Source: a virus
Lineage: Duplodnaviria > Caudoviricetes
Direction: 5' to 3' (one strand)
DNA: 64,000 nucleotides
IMG/VR virus record: IMGVR_UViG_3300005281_000001
Span: 30,045 to 94,044 of that record
A model generated the notes under the pieces. That model did not search any database and was not told where the DNA came from. It saw only the letters and a list, made by a program, of their open reading frames with translations. The first letter of the stretch is position 1. Each line of letters opens with the position of its first letter. Positions 19,957 to 29,833 of this stretch are shown here, piece after piece. The position numbers were made by a program, and so were the translations under genes.

Positions 19957-20322
19957 ATGCGACAACCACCGCCGAAGGCCGGCGGGTACCGCCCGCCGCC
20001 GGGGTTTACGCCGCGGCAGAAGGCGGAAGACCCGCAGGACGAATCACAAGGAGAGGCCATACACGCAGAATACCGGGCGCCGGAGACGGACGGACGGAAG
20101 GCCGTCGTCGAGCTCAGCATCCGGGTGTTTGTGGAAGTTCCGCACACCGGAGACTACTGGGATATGGTTGACCGGGCTAAAGATGACGTGCGGCGGCGTG
20201 TGGTCGAGGCACCTACGTTCTGGCCGGCCAGCATGGAAAGCGAGCGCGTGCACCCGGGAATGACTGTCCCAGAGCTGAAGGACCGGACGATGTTCCGGCC
20301 GCAGGCGCGGTGGGATCGCTAA
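19957..20322 (+). CDS. Hypothetical protein
   Basis: GGAGG RBS before ATG 19957. Confidence 0.6.
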   Translation: MRQPPPKAGGYRPPPGFTPRQKAEDPQDESQGEAIHAEYRAPETDGRKAVVELSIRVFVEVPHTGDYWDMVDRAKDDVRRRVVEAPTFWPASMESERVHPGMTVPELKDRTMFRPQARWDR

Positions 20323-20330
20323 CTCGTCGT

Positions 20331-20375
20331 AATTTGTTCAAAGTTGTTGACAGATGTTCATTTTTGGTTTATCAT
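20331..20375 (+). promoter_or_regulatory. sigmaA promoter with upstream 10-bp repeats
   Basis: AATTTGTTCA AAGTTG-TTGACA(20347-52)-17 bp-TATCAT(20370-75). Confidence 0.8.
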
Positions 20376-20419
20376 GGGTGTCAAGCATGGCAGATAACCG
20401 AGAAAGGAGCGGAGCACCC

Positions 20420-20680
20420 GTGAGTACAACCGAGATCATGACACCAGCGCCGGGAACGCCGTCTGCTACCGTATCGGAAGAAGAACGCTTCACCATGCAA
20501 CAGGCCATGGACTATCTCGTCAAAAAGGGGATACCCTGTAGGAGCCGCGGGACCTTTTACCGCATACTCAGGGATTTTGACGTAAAGTACGTTAATTCGA
20601 ATCCGAACGGAAAGCACAAGACACGAAGGTTTTCTCAGGCAGAGCTGGACCGCGTCGTAGCGACGTACTTCAGCGAATAG
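20420..20680 (+). CDS. Xis/BldC/MerR-like winged-HTH DNA-binding protein
   Basis: FTMQQAMDYL...SRGTFYRILR...RRFSQAELDR pattern; start could be 20387. Confidence 0.7.
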   Translation: MSTTEIMTPAPGTPSATVSEEERFTMQQAMDYLVKKGIPCRSRGTFYRILRDFDVKYVNSNPNGKHKTRRFSQAELDRVVATYFSE

Positions 20681-20920
20681 GCTGAGCCGGAAGGTTCAGC
20701 CCGGCTTTAGGCACCCAAACATCCGCATGGAGTCCACCATCTCCTTCCTTACCGTGTGAGCCGTTATCTGAAGTGCATTGGCCGCTTAAGCCGAGGCCGA
20801 TCATCGTTTGGGTGCCTTAAGGCGGACTGAACCGCCGCTGTTGATCGGATGGTACATAGTGCAAGGCAGCCTGTCCGAAACACAGCAAAATCATCCTGTC
20901 TTCCGAAGGAGGAAGCCCAA

Positions 20921-21778
20921 ATGGCCCTGAGAGCAGTACGTACTGGAGGCACCGCACCGACCATGCAGGGGGTACCTGCAACTGCAGCACCGCAATTTGC
21001 TGCACAACAAGCAGCGGCATCTTCCGAAGTTGCCGCGCCTGTACAACAGGTCGCAACTCCATCTTCCGAAGTTGCAGCACCTGTACAACAAGCCGCAGCT
21101 CCATCTTCCGAAGCTGCGACGCAAGCCGCAGCACCGGCCGCACAGGCCGCACCCGCTCAGCAAGCTGCACCCGCACCGCAAGCCGCAGCACCGGCCGCAC
21201 AGGCCGCACCCGCACCGCAAGCCGCAGCACCGGTTGTTCCGGCCGCATCGGGAGTTCCGGTCGTATCTGGAGGCGCATCGGTTGCGGCATTGAACGAAGG
21301 CATTCTGGACAACGTTGAAGGGATCGGTCAGGTCGGCAACTATGTCACGGTTGACGGCTCGCAATTCCTTTACAAGTCCTCCAACCGCCGCGCGGACTAT
21401 CTAGACATCTGCGTGCACTACGGCAAGCGGTTCTACCAATGGGTAGACGAGTCCAATCCGAGCGCGAAGGTCTACCATAACTCGGATGAGAAGATCGACG
21501 ATCGCTACAAACTTAAGTTCGAAATTCGGTGGTACGAGCAAGGCGAGGACGGAGAGCCGGTCGAGTACACCATGTCGCTGTCGACGACGAGCTCGATCCA
21601 GTTCATCAACTACGTGAAGAATCTGGCGAAAGCCGGCCTCGGCGTAGGTCAAGTGTGGACGCGCATGACGATCAGCCGCCACAATCGGCCGAATTCGTCG
21701 GAGCGCTACAGCCGGGTGGACTTCGAAGCGTTCTCGCTGGAGACGGGCGAACCGCTCGGAATCAAGTCTGCGAACTAG
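20921..21778 (+). CDS. Putative ssDNA-binding/annealing protein with Ala/Pro/Gln-rich repetitive N-terminus
   Basis: AGGAGG RBS; tandem repeats at about 21010-21235; globular C-terminal half; directly upstream of the primase-helicase gene (function inferred from position). Confidence 0.5.
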   Translation: MALRAVRTGGTAPTMQGVPATAAPQFAAQQAAASSEVAAPVQQVATPSSEVAAPVQQAAAPSSEAATQAAAPAAQAAPAQQAAPAPQAAAPAAQAAPAPQAAAPVVPAASGVPVVSGGASVAALNEGILDNVEGIGQVGNYVTVDGSQFLYKSSNRRADYLDICVHYGKRFYQWVDESNPSAKVYHNSDEKIDDRYKLKFEIRWYEQGEDGEPVEYTMSLSTTSSIQFINYVKNLAKAGLGVGQVWTRMTISRHNRPNSSERYSRVDFEAFSLETGEPLGIKSAN

Positions 21779-21808
21779 TTGCGTGATTGTATTCGATCTT
21801 CCGAAGGT

Positions 21809-21846
21809 AATAGAACCCCTGCATCACCTTCGCAGGGGTTCTATTA
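21809..21846 (+). terminator. Terminator-like hairpin
   Basis: aatagaacccctgc...gcaggggttctatt. Confidence 0.7.
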
Positions 21847-22027
21847 TCGGCAAAAATCGAAAGTGGCCTGCATAATACGGTTTGAGACAGCCTGCCACAA
21901 CGGCGCGTGAGCAGAACGTATCGCAAATGCGACCGCCTATGCTTAGGAAGATGAGCTTCCCTCGCTGCCGGCAGGCGTATCCCGGACCGATTGGCAAGGA
22001 CTACAGCATGGGGAGGAACTTAATAAC

Positions 22028-25000
22028 ATGGGTCGGGGAAAAGACCAGCAGTTCAATCTTGACGAATTCCGCTATGTTGACTGTTTCCACATCAATCCTC
22101 AGAGCGGGAAGCGCACGAAATGGGTGCGCCTGCCCATTGATAAGCTCGAAGAATTCCGCAACCAGTGGCAGAACTATAACGTGTTCTCCACCGTCCAACT
22201 CTATCGCCTGAAAACGAGACAAGAGGGCGGCGGCGAATTCATGTACGCGCCGCTGTTCTTTGACATAGACAGCTCGCGCCTCCTTGCGAAGGATACCGAC
22301 AAGACGCCCCACAAACTGGGGTTGCTTGAGGAAGGCTCCGTGCACCCGGCAGAGATCATCCAATACTACCAAGGCACGGATTTAGAGGCGCACCTAAACA
22401 ACTTTGCAATCGGCATCCCGCTGCCGGACGACGTGTGCAAACGCATCAATGCCATCGTCGACGAAACCGCTGAGCTTCGGGACTTTGTCTGGATCAAAAA
22501 TCTCGAGGAAGCTCGGAAGGACGCCGTGAAGCTCATCCACTTCTTCAGGGAGCGATTCGGTCTCACGGAAGACGAAATCCGCGTGTACTTCTCCGGGTCG
22601 AAGGGCTTTCACATTCTGGTCAATCCGGTTGTGCTCGGCATCCAGCCGGATAAAAACCTGCACCGCGTCTTCAAGTACATTGCGACGTATCTTGAAAGCC
22701 AGCTTGACCTTCGCTCGCTGGATACGTCTTCGATATACGGACACGGCCGCATGCTTCGAATGATTAACTCCATGCACCATAAGAGCGGCCGGTTCAAAGT
22801 GGAGCTTTATCATCATGAGCTGATGGGTGATCTGTGGCATGTCATCAATAATCTTGCCCGGGCGCCGCGAATGGAGCTTTACGATCCGGCGAGCCTTGAG
22901 TATTCGCCGAATGAACTCGCCCGGGAATGGTACCTGCAGCAGTGGGAGGCCTATCAGGAATCAACGCAGCTTCACGCTGAGCGGCCGGTTCTGAAGGATG
23001 AAGTGCTGTCGCAAATGGAAGGCGTTCCGGTATGTGTGCAATTCATTCTGGACCGCGGCATCCTGAAGGCCGGCGACCGGAACAAGGCGACGATGGCACT
23101 GGCGTCTTACTACAAGGACATCGGCACGCCCATGGAGGAAACGATCAATATCCTGACGAAGTGGGCAGAGAAGATTCCGAAATCCATGACCAGCTCGACA
23201 CCTTCCGAAGTTCGGGCGTCGACGATCTCCTGCATCAAGACCGTGTACACGAATGACACCTACCACTTCGGTTGTGCCTTCATTCGCAGCCTGCACGGCG
23301 AGCGGAAGGGCCGGGATTACGAGGCGGTTCCATGCGCGGGGCGTGCGTGCCCTGCGCACGAGGACCACACCATCGACAACATCCCGGCGGAGCACATGCA
23401 CCTTGCCAAAACGGCGGACGCCCAGTACACCGGCAAGAAGGTCTCCTTCGATGCGCTGGTTTCGGGCAAGATGGATACGCCGTATATTGTTCCGAAGAAG
23501 GTCCGGTTTGTGTGCGCGCATGAGCCTTTCTGCGAGAAGGACTGCATCATGCACGACTACGCCGGTTTGATGGAGCGCGAGTTCCACGAGAACGAACGCT
23601 TCCTTATCGAGGCCACAAACCAGAGCGACGAGCGTATCAAGAACATCCTGTTCCACTACTCACGCGCAAGCTGCAAGAAAGTGCAGTCGGACGTACTGGA
23701 GACGGAGAACGTAACGGAAATGCTCGTCGTGCCGATGGCTGATCGGGTGATGACCGTCCGCAACGTCGACGATAGCGGGCAGGAGCAGGTCACATCCGTT
23801 GACGAATCCGGCTACGAGTACGTCAGCCGGAAGATTTACGCTGTTGGCAAGCCGGACCAGATTCCGTCCGCCAACCAGCACTACACGATCGAGGGCTTCG
23901 TTTACAGCCATCCGCGGAACGCTATGGCGACGATTCTGACGCAGAAGCACATTCCGAAGGCCGACAGCGTGTCGCAGTTCCGGCTGACGGAAGAAGTCAT
24001 CCGCGGCTTCGAAGTGTTCAAAGTGGCGCCCGGGGAAACGCTGGACGACCGCATATCGCTTATCATAAGCGATCTTGTGGAGAACGTTACGCTCGTCCGC
24101 GAGCGTTTCGAGCCGCATCTGGCCGTACTCATGACGTATCATTCCTGCTTGCATTACTACTTTCAGGATCAGCTCGAAAAACGCGGATGGATGGAGACGA
24201 TTTTCGTCGGGGACTCCGGGCAGGCCAAAACGCAGCTCGTCAGCAGCATCATGGAGTTCTGCGGTTTGGGTAACCTGACTTCCGGCGAGGGATCAAGTCG
24301 GACGGGTCTGGTCTACATGCTGGAGCAGATCAACGAGCGCTGGTTCATCAAGTGGGGAAGCTATCCGCTGTCGGACCGGAAGCTGATTGCAATCGACGAG
24401 TTCTCCGAGCTCAACCCGGAGGACTTCGGGAAGATCACGGAAGCGCGCACGACAGGCGTGCTGAAGCTGACCCGGGCCGGCATCGATACGGAGACGAATG
24501 CCCGCGTCCGCCTGATTCTGCTGACCAACCCGGCCAACGCCCGGACGCTGGCAAGCTTCACGCACGGCGTCGAAAGCTTGAAGCCGCTGTTTGCGTCGCC
24601 GGCCGACATACGGCGCCTTGATCTCGCGGTATTCCTCCAATCCGGGGATGTTCCGAAGTCGGTACTGAACGCGGAGCACTCGGCAACGCGCCGGCAGCTT
24701 ATCACGTCCGAAGTGCTGCGAAACAGTGTCCTGTGGGCGTGGAGCCGGCGGCCGGAGCAGATCGAGATCACGCCGGCAGCTATGAAGCGTATCCTGCAAC
24801 TGGCCGATGTGCTGGGCGACAAGTACGGCTACGCACAGGACATTCCGCTTATGGAGCCTTCCGATCTTCGGAAGAAGCTTGCTCGGATGTCGATCGCGCT
24901 GGCGGCGCTGGTCCATTCGACGGACGAAGAACACGAGAAGGTCATCGTGCTGCCGGAGCACGTCGAGTACGTTTCCGACTTCGTGCAGGTAGTGTACGAC

Positions 25001-25315
25001 AACAAGAATGCGCGGCTGGACGTTTACGCGGCGAAGTCGAAGGAGGAAACGGAGTTGACGCCGGAAGAGCGTGCTATCGTCGACAAGGCCCTGAACGATC
25101 TCGACTTTGCAGACAGCGCGCCGGTGTCGGCGGAAATACTCGACTTGTTCCGAAAGAACGAAATCCTGAAGCCTGTCGAGATCATCGACATGCTGGGGTA
25201 CGAGCGTGGGCAGGTTAACTCGAGGCTGTCCATCCTGACGAAGCATAGCATGATTACGCGGACGCGCGACGGTCTTCGGAAGCTTCCGAAGTTCATTGAA
25301 TTCCTGAACGCATGA
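22028..25315 (+). CDS. AEP primase fused to an MCM-like AAA+ helicase
   Basis: AEP motifs PLFFDID and YFSGSKGFH; Cys-rich PriL/PriCT-like region; MCM-type GDSGQAKTQL, SSRTGL, IAIDEF, LTNP, RRLDL; C-terminal wHTH. Confidence 0.88.
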   Translation: MGRGKDQQFNLDEFRYVDCFHINPQSGKRTKWVRLPIDKLEEFRNQWQNYNVFSTVQLYRLKTRQEGGGEFMYAPLFFDIDSSRLLAKDTDKTPHKLGLLEEGSVHPAEIIQYYQGTDLEAHLNNFAIGIPLPDDVCKRINAIVDETAELRDFVWIKNLEEARKDAVKLIHFFRERFGLTEDEIRVYFSGSKGFHILVNPVVLGIQPDKNLHRVFKYIATYLESQLDLRSLDTSSIYGHGRMLRMINSMHHKSGRFKVELYHHELMGDLWHVINNLARAPRMELYDPASLEYSPNELAREWYLQQWEAYQESTQLHAERPVLKDEVLSQMEGVPVCVQFILDRGILKAGDRNKATMALASYYKDIGTPMEETINILTKWAEKIPKSMTSSTPSEVRASTISCIKTVYTNDTYHFGCAFIRSLHGERKGRDYEAVPCAGRACPAHEDHTIDNIPAEHMHLAKTADAQYTGKKVSFDALVSGKMDTPYIVPKKVRFVCAHEPFCEKDCIMHDYAGLMEREFHENERFLIEATNQSDERIKNILFHYSRASCKKVQSDVLETENVTEMLVVPMADRVMTVRNVDDSGQEQVTSVDESGYEYVSRKIYAVGKPDQIPSANQHYTIEGFVYSHPRNAMATILTQKHIPKADSVSQFRLTEEVIRGFEVFKVAPGETLDDRISLIISDLVENVTLVRERFEPHLAVLMTYHSCLHYYFQDQLEKRGWMETIFVGDSGQAKTQLVSSIMEFCGLGNLTSGEGSSRTGLVYMLEQINERWFIKWGSYPLSDRKLIAIDEFSELNPEDFGKITEARTTGVLKLTRAGIDTETNARVRLILLTNPANARTLASFTHGVESLKPLFASPADIRRLDLAVFLQSGDVPKSVLNAEHSATRRQLITSEVLRNSVLWAWSRRPEQIEITPAAMKRILQLADVLGDKYGYAQDIPLMEPSDLRKKLARMSIALAALVHSTDEEHEKVIVLPEHVEYVSDFVQVVYDNKNARLDVYAAKSKEETELTPEERAIVDKALNDLDFADSAPVSAEILDLFRKNEILKPVEIIDMLGYERGQVNSRLSILTKHSMITRTRDGLRKLPKFIEFLNA

Positions 25316-25332
25316 AAGGAGGGTGAGCATCT

Positions 25333-25713
25333 ATGCGACCGGAAGCGGCGGACATTTTGGCGAAATACGAGGCGAAGACCGCTGCCGCCCGGGCCCGGGG
25401 CAGTCAAGTCAAAGAATTCAGCGATCCGAGCATCAATGATCTGCTGTTCATCAAGGCTGTCCTGCATCCGACGGCGAAAGCGGACAGCCGGGAGCTGACC
25501 CGGAAGCTCATCACCTTGTTGTGCGAGCGGAAAATTTGCACGGCGGAGGAAATCTATGAGGCACTGGAGTGCTCCGATAAGCCGATCCTGCGCCGGCTGC
25601 GCATCCTTCGCCAGAACGGCTTCGTCCGACGTGAGTCGAAGAAGTACTATCTCGCCACGCATAGACTTTATGTGCTGTTCGAACGTCATCTTGACCGTGT
25701 ATGTGGAGTGTGA
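25333..25713 (+). CDS. Winged-helix DNA-binding protein
   Basis: TAEEIYEALECSDKPILRRLRILRQNGFVRRESKKYYL. Confidence 0.75.
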   Translation: MRPEAADILAKYEAKTAAARARGSQVKEFSDPSINDLLFIKAVLHPTAKADSRELTRKLITLLCERKICTAEEIYEALECSDKPILRRLRILRQNGFVRRESKKYYLATHRLYVLFERHLDRVCGV

Positions 25714-25722
25714 CGCAGCAGC

Positions 25723-28700
25723 ATGACCGTCGTAAACATTAGGCATTTCGGAAGTGAGTATGACGTTTACATCGGCCGCGGCAGCAAATGGGGAAATCCG
25801 TTCTCCCACAAGAGCGGCACGCTGGCGAAGCACGTCGTCAAGACCCGGAAAGAGGCGATTGAACGCTACCGGGAATGGGTTTTGACGCAGCCAACCCTGC
25901 TGCAGGACATCCTCGACGGCGAACTGGATGGGAAACGCCTCGGATGCTTTTGTAAGCCGTATGACTGCCACGGTGATGTATTGCTGGAGCTTACCCGAAA
26001 TAAGGAGCTGGTACGATTGAGTCTGGAAAAGCTGAAGCAAAAGATTGCCGAGCAGAAGGCTGGAAGGAAGTCGAGCCTGCTGACCGGCGAAGGAATCGAG
26101 CCGGCGCGGAAATTCACGCCTGTTAAGGTCGAGCGACCGGCAGCGCCACCACAGACGGCAGCGCCACCACAGACGGCAGCACCACCACAGCCGGCTCAGA
26201 CGGCCACAGCGGTGCCTCCACGGCCTCAGATGCCGGCAAGGGTAGTACCGACGCCTCCGCGACCGCCCGCGCCTCAGATGACGCAGCAGGCGCCTCAGCA
26301 GCCCGTGAACACAGCGCCTGTACACGCAGCACCCGTAGCCCGTCCGCATGCACCTGCGGTTCCCCATCTTCCGAAGATGACGCAGGCTCAGCGAGAGGCT
26401 GCAGTCGGCGCGCCGGCCAACTTCGACATGGAAAACCCGCACGGGTACGTTGCATTCGGAAAGCACGATGTCGACAAGCTGAACTGGTTGAAGGAGCAGA
26501 TTCTTCAGCACAAGATCATGGCCTTCGACTACGAGACGGACGGCGACCCGGATGACGAGACGACAGACCCGCAGGACCACGTGCTGGTCGGCGTGTCCTG
26601 CACATTCCGAACCGGATTCGCAGTGTACCTACCGATTGCGCACGACAACTACGGCGCCAACTGGGATAAGCAGTGGCTTGTCGATAATTTCCTGAAGCCG
26701 CTTTTGGAGCACCCGGACGTTTACATAATCGCGCACAACATCAAAGCGGAGTATCAGTGGAGCTTGCTTGTCGGCATCGACTTCTTCCACAAGGCGCAGC
26801 TTCGGAAGTGCATGGATACGATGCTGATGGTCAAGTCCGTCGCGCTGCCGGAGACGGTGCATCTGTTTGACGGATCGTGGGAAGTCGTTGTCGGTTTGAA
26901 ACCTACGGTAAAGACGATTCTGGCCGACGAGAACGGTATGGTTCATGGACTCATCCACGTCGACGATATCAAGAGCTTCAAGGAGACCGTCGGCCGCATC
27001 GAGTGGGAGGAACCGATCCCGGGTGAGTTTTATAAGTCCGGGGAGAAGAAGGGCCAACCAAAGACGAAGAAGATGAGCCGCAGCCGCACATTCAACGAGC
27101 TGCCGGTTGATAAGCATACCATCGACTATGCCGCATCGGACTCAGACTGGGCATTGGGCGTGTTCCAGTACTATCTGCCGATCTGCGAGGCCGCCGGTGT
27201 CATGGACACGCTCTATGAGCTCGACGTAATGCGGATGATGGTTCTGGCCGAATACGAGCTGGCGGGCTGGCATATCAGCCGCGACAAGCTGCTTGCGCTC
27301 GGCGACGTTGCGCAGAAGGCCTTGTACGGAGACCCGGACGCGGATACGGAAGAAGCGCAGCTAGGACTGGAGCGTTTGCTTCAGCTTGAACTGATGGCGC
27401 TTGTGCCGGACGCAAAACGGGTAACCGCCCCGGAAACCGGATGGGAAACGATTGAAGTACCGGCTGGCAAGTACCCGATGGGCAGGGGACGCGTCTCCGG
27501 CAGCCGCGACAAGCAGGACGTGTTTCTGGAGATCAAGTCTCCGAAGCCGTTTAACTGGGGAAGCACACAACACAAGCAGTGGCTGTTCTATCACATCTTG
27601 AAGTTCCCCACGGACGGCGTTGACCGATCGAAGTCGACCGGGCTTCCGACGACAGATGGTGAGACAATCGACCGCTTCATCAAGGAGTACGAGGGCGACA
27701 GCCGGTTCATGGAGCTTCTGAAGGAGCGCGCGAAGTACCACAAGATGTACTCGACTTACGTGGAAGGCCTGCTGCCGTTCTGCCGGGTGGATACCGACCG
27801 CATCCACACGAACCTGAAGCTCGTGTCAACGTGGCGGCTGTCCTCCAGCAAACCGAACCTTCAGAACATCCCGAGGCCGGATAATGACCCGATGGGCATC
27901 CGAAGCGTCTTCGTGGCGCCGCATCTGCCGCCGACCGGCGAGCTGCACGTGCCGGAAAAGCGCATCCTGCTGCCGGACAAGACGCCGTCGACTTCGGAAC
28001 CGATGATCGTAACGCCGGATAAGCTCAATCCGTGGACGGCAAAAACATGGCACTTCATCATCGGCAACCGCCTCTCCGGTCATGTGTTCTATATCAGCGC
28101 CGATTACAGCCAGATCGAGCTGAAAGTGCTGGCATGGTTCGCCAACGAGCGCACCATGATTGAAACGTTGGCAAACGGCGGCGACCTGCATAGTAAGGTT
28201 GCGAAGGACGTATTCAAGCTGGACTGCGAAGTCGAGCAGGTCAAAGAGCGGTACAAACCGTTCCGGTACCGGGCGAAGAAGGTCAACTTCGGTTTGGTCT
28301 ACGGCATGACGGAGTACGGGCTGTCCTCCGACCCGAAAATGGGTATGACGGTCGAACAGGCGAAGCAGTTCATCGAGGACTATATGCGCACGTATCCGGG
28401 CGTTCGGGAATACGCAAACGAGCAGATCGCCTTTGCTCGCAAGAACGGCTACGTCACGACGATGTTCGGCCACCGTCGGCCGGTGCCGCACATCAATGAC
28501 CCGAACAAGTGGGTGCGGCAGAAGGCGGAGAACATCTGCATGAACACGCCGATTCAGGGCAGCGCGGCTGACATCATGGCGCTTGCTATGGTCAACCTTC
28601 GGAAGGAACAAGATCGCTGCCCGGCGCTCTCCATGCACATGCAGATTCACGACGAGCTTCAGGGGCAGGCGCCGGTTGAACATGCGGTCGAAGCTGCGGT

Positions 28701-28935
28701 GTTCATGAAAGAGGTCATGGAACGGCCGATTGACGGATTCTCGGATATCATGCCGATTACGGCAGATGCTGCGGTCGGCGCGACGTGGGATACAGCGCTG
28801 GACCTGCAATTCGAACCGGACGGAACGCCGTTCGTGAAACCGAAGAAGGAGAAGAAGGAAGCGACCGACGTAACCTACGACATGATCGCGCCCTACGAGC
28901 ATTTGTATAAGCTTGCCGGAATCAAGATTGCGTGA
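25723..28935 (+). CDS. polA: Family A DNA polymerase with 3'-5' exonuclease and N-terminal DUF4326-like domain
   Basis: N-terminal VYIGRGSKWGNPF...LGCFCKP..CHGDVL; exonuclease AFDYET/AHN/YAASD; RLSSSKPNLQNIP, ADYSQIEL, AKKVNFGLVYG, IQGSAAD, IHDE. Confidence 0.95.
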   Translation: MTVVNIRHFGSEYDVYIGRGSKWGNPFSHKSGTLAKHVVKTRKEAIERYREWVLTQPTLLQDILDGELDGKRLGCFCKPYDCHGDVLLELTRNKELVRLSLEKLKQKIAEQKAGRKSSLLTGEGIEPARKFTPVKVERPAAPPQTAAPPQTAAPPQPAQTATAVPPRPQMPARVVPTPPRPPAPQMTQQAPQQPVNTAPVHAAPVARPHAPAVPHLPKMTQAQREAAVGAPANFDMENPHGYVAFGKHDVDKLNWLKEQILQHKIMAFDYETDGDPDDETTDPQDHVLVGVSCTFRTGFAVYLPIAHDNYGANWDKQWLVDNFLKPLLEHPDVYIIAHNIKAEYQWSLLVGIDFFHKAQLRKCMDTMLMVKSVALPETVHLFDGSWEVVVGLKPTVKTILADENGMVHGLIHVDDIKSFKETVGRIEWEEPIPGEFYKSGEKKGQPKTKKMSRSRTFNELPVDKHTIDYAASDSDWALGVFQYYLPICEAAGVMDTLYELDVMRMMVLAEYELAGWHISRDKLLALGDVAQKALYGDPDADTEEAQLGLERLLQLELMALVPDAKRVTAPETGWETIEVPAGKYPMGRGRVSGSRDKQDVFLEIKSPKPFNWGSTQHKQWLFYHILKFPTDGVDRSKSTGLPTTDGETIDRFIKEYEGDSRFMELLKERAKYHKMYSTYVEGLLPFCRVDTDRIHTNLKLVSTWRLSSSKPNLQNIPRPDNDPMGIRSVFVAPHLPPTGELHVPEKRILLPDKTPSTSEPMIVTPDKLNPWTAKTWHFIIGNRLSGHVFYISADYSQIELKVLAWFANERTMIETLANGGDLHSKVAKDVFKLDCEVEQVKERYKPFRYRAKKVNFGLVYGMTEYGLSSDPKMGMTVEQAKQFIEDYMRTYPGVREYANEQIAFARKNGYVTTMFGHRRPVPHINDPNKWVRQKAENICMNTPIQGSAADIMALAMVNLRKEQDRCPALSMHMQIHDELQGQAPVEHAVEAAVFMKEVMERPIDGFSDIMPITADAAVGATWDTALDLQFEPDGTPFVKPKKEKKEATDVTYDMIAPYEHLYKLAGIKIA

Positions 28936-29034
28936 CGGCTCGGCTGGCGCGCAATAACTTACGATCTTCGGAAGATCGTAATAGCACAGGGCACCGTTTA
29001 GCGGTATGCTGAAGGCAGGAAGGAGGACTACGAT

Positions 29035-29202
29035 ATGGACAATCAGATGATCGACGACAAGCCGTTGAGTCAGTGGATGGCTGAATGGGGCTACCGCTGG
29101 ACGGGCCCTGAGCAGCTTATCAAAGGCCGGCTCAGCCGGTCAGACGCAGCGGCGCTGCTGGCACGGATGCGCGCGGAAGGGGCAGTGGTCTGTGAGCAAT
29201 AA
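29035..29202 (+). CDS. Small hypothetical protein (55 aa, below the ORF-track cutoff)
   Basis: AGGAGG RBS; MDNQMIDDKPLSQWMAEWGY...; stop overlaps the next gene. Confidence 0.55.
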   Translation: MDNQMIDDKPLSQWMAEWGYRWTGPEQLIKGRLSRSDAAALLARMRAEGAVVCEQ

Positions 29203-29467
29203 TAAACAGGAACTGGATGCGTTTTTCCTGCCGATGATCGCGCACGCGGAGGCGTTTACGCAGTGGACGGATAAACTTCCGAAGTACCTTATAATTAACC
29301 CGGACATTCTGACGCGCCTGTCGCGCATCGAAGGGTTCTACCAACGGCCGGAGGTTGCGTCGATGGTGTCTGCACACGCGCCGATCGTGCGGTACTTCAA
29401 GCTTCCGATGTGTACGGTCATGATCCATGAATCACCGGAAGAAGACTTTTACCACTTCGAGAGCTAG
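29192..29467 (+). CDS. Hypothetical protein
   Basis: ORF in an operon-like array. Confidence 0.55.
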   Translation: MSNNKQELDAFFLPMIAHAEAFTQWTDKLPKYLIINPDILTRLSRIEGFYQRPEVASMVSAHAPIVRYFKLPMCTVMIHESPEEDFYHFES

Positions 29468-29469
29468 GG

Positions 29470-29829
29470 GTGGTCGACATGTATTTCTATTCCGACTCGA
29501 CCGGCAGCGCTGCGACCGCCCGGATCGCCCTCTATCAGGAGGGCGACTGGGTGGAGGGCGTTACGCTTTCGCGGCATACGGTCATGGGGTATGTTGAGGA
29601 AATCGACCGCGTCAAGCGGCAGCTTCTGATCCGGGTTATCCGAAGCTGCTGCGGCGAGGTCGATGAGCTAGAATGGGCACATGTCAACGAAATCCGCCCG
29701 CTTCTGAACATCAATCCGAATTCGGATGAAGCCTACTTGCGCAGCATGATTGATCTGGCGCTGGAGACCTTCGACGAGGAATGGTTCAACCAGCTTACCG
29801 CAAGGCTTCTCCGCATTCGGAAGGGGTGA
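29470..29829 (+). CDS. IDEAL-domain protein
   Basis: C-terminal LRSMIDLALETFDEEWFNQLT. Confidence 0.75.
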   Translation: MVDMYFYSDSTGSAATARIALYQEGDWVEGVTLSRHTVMGYVEEIDRVKRQLLIRVIRSCCGEVDELEWAHVNEIRPLLNINPNSDEAYLRSMIDLALETFDEEWFNQLTARLLRIRKG

Positions 29830-29833
29830 GTGT

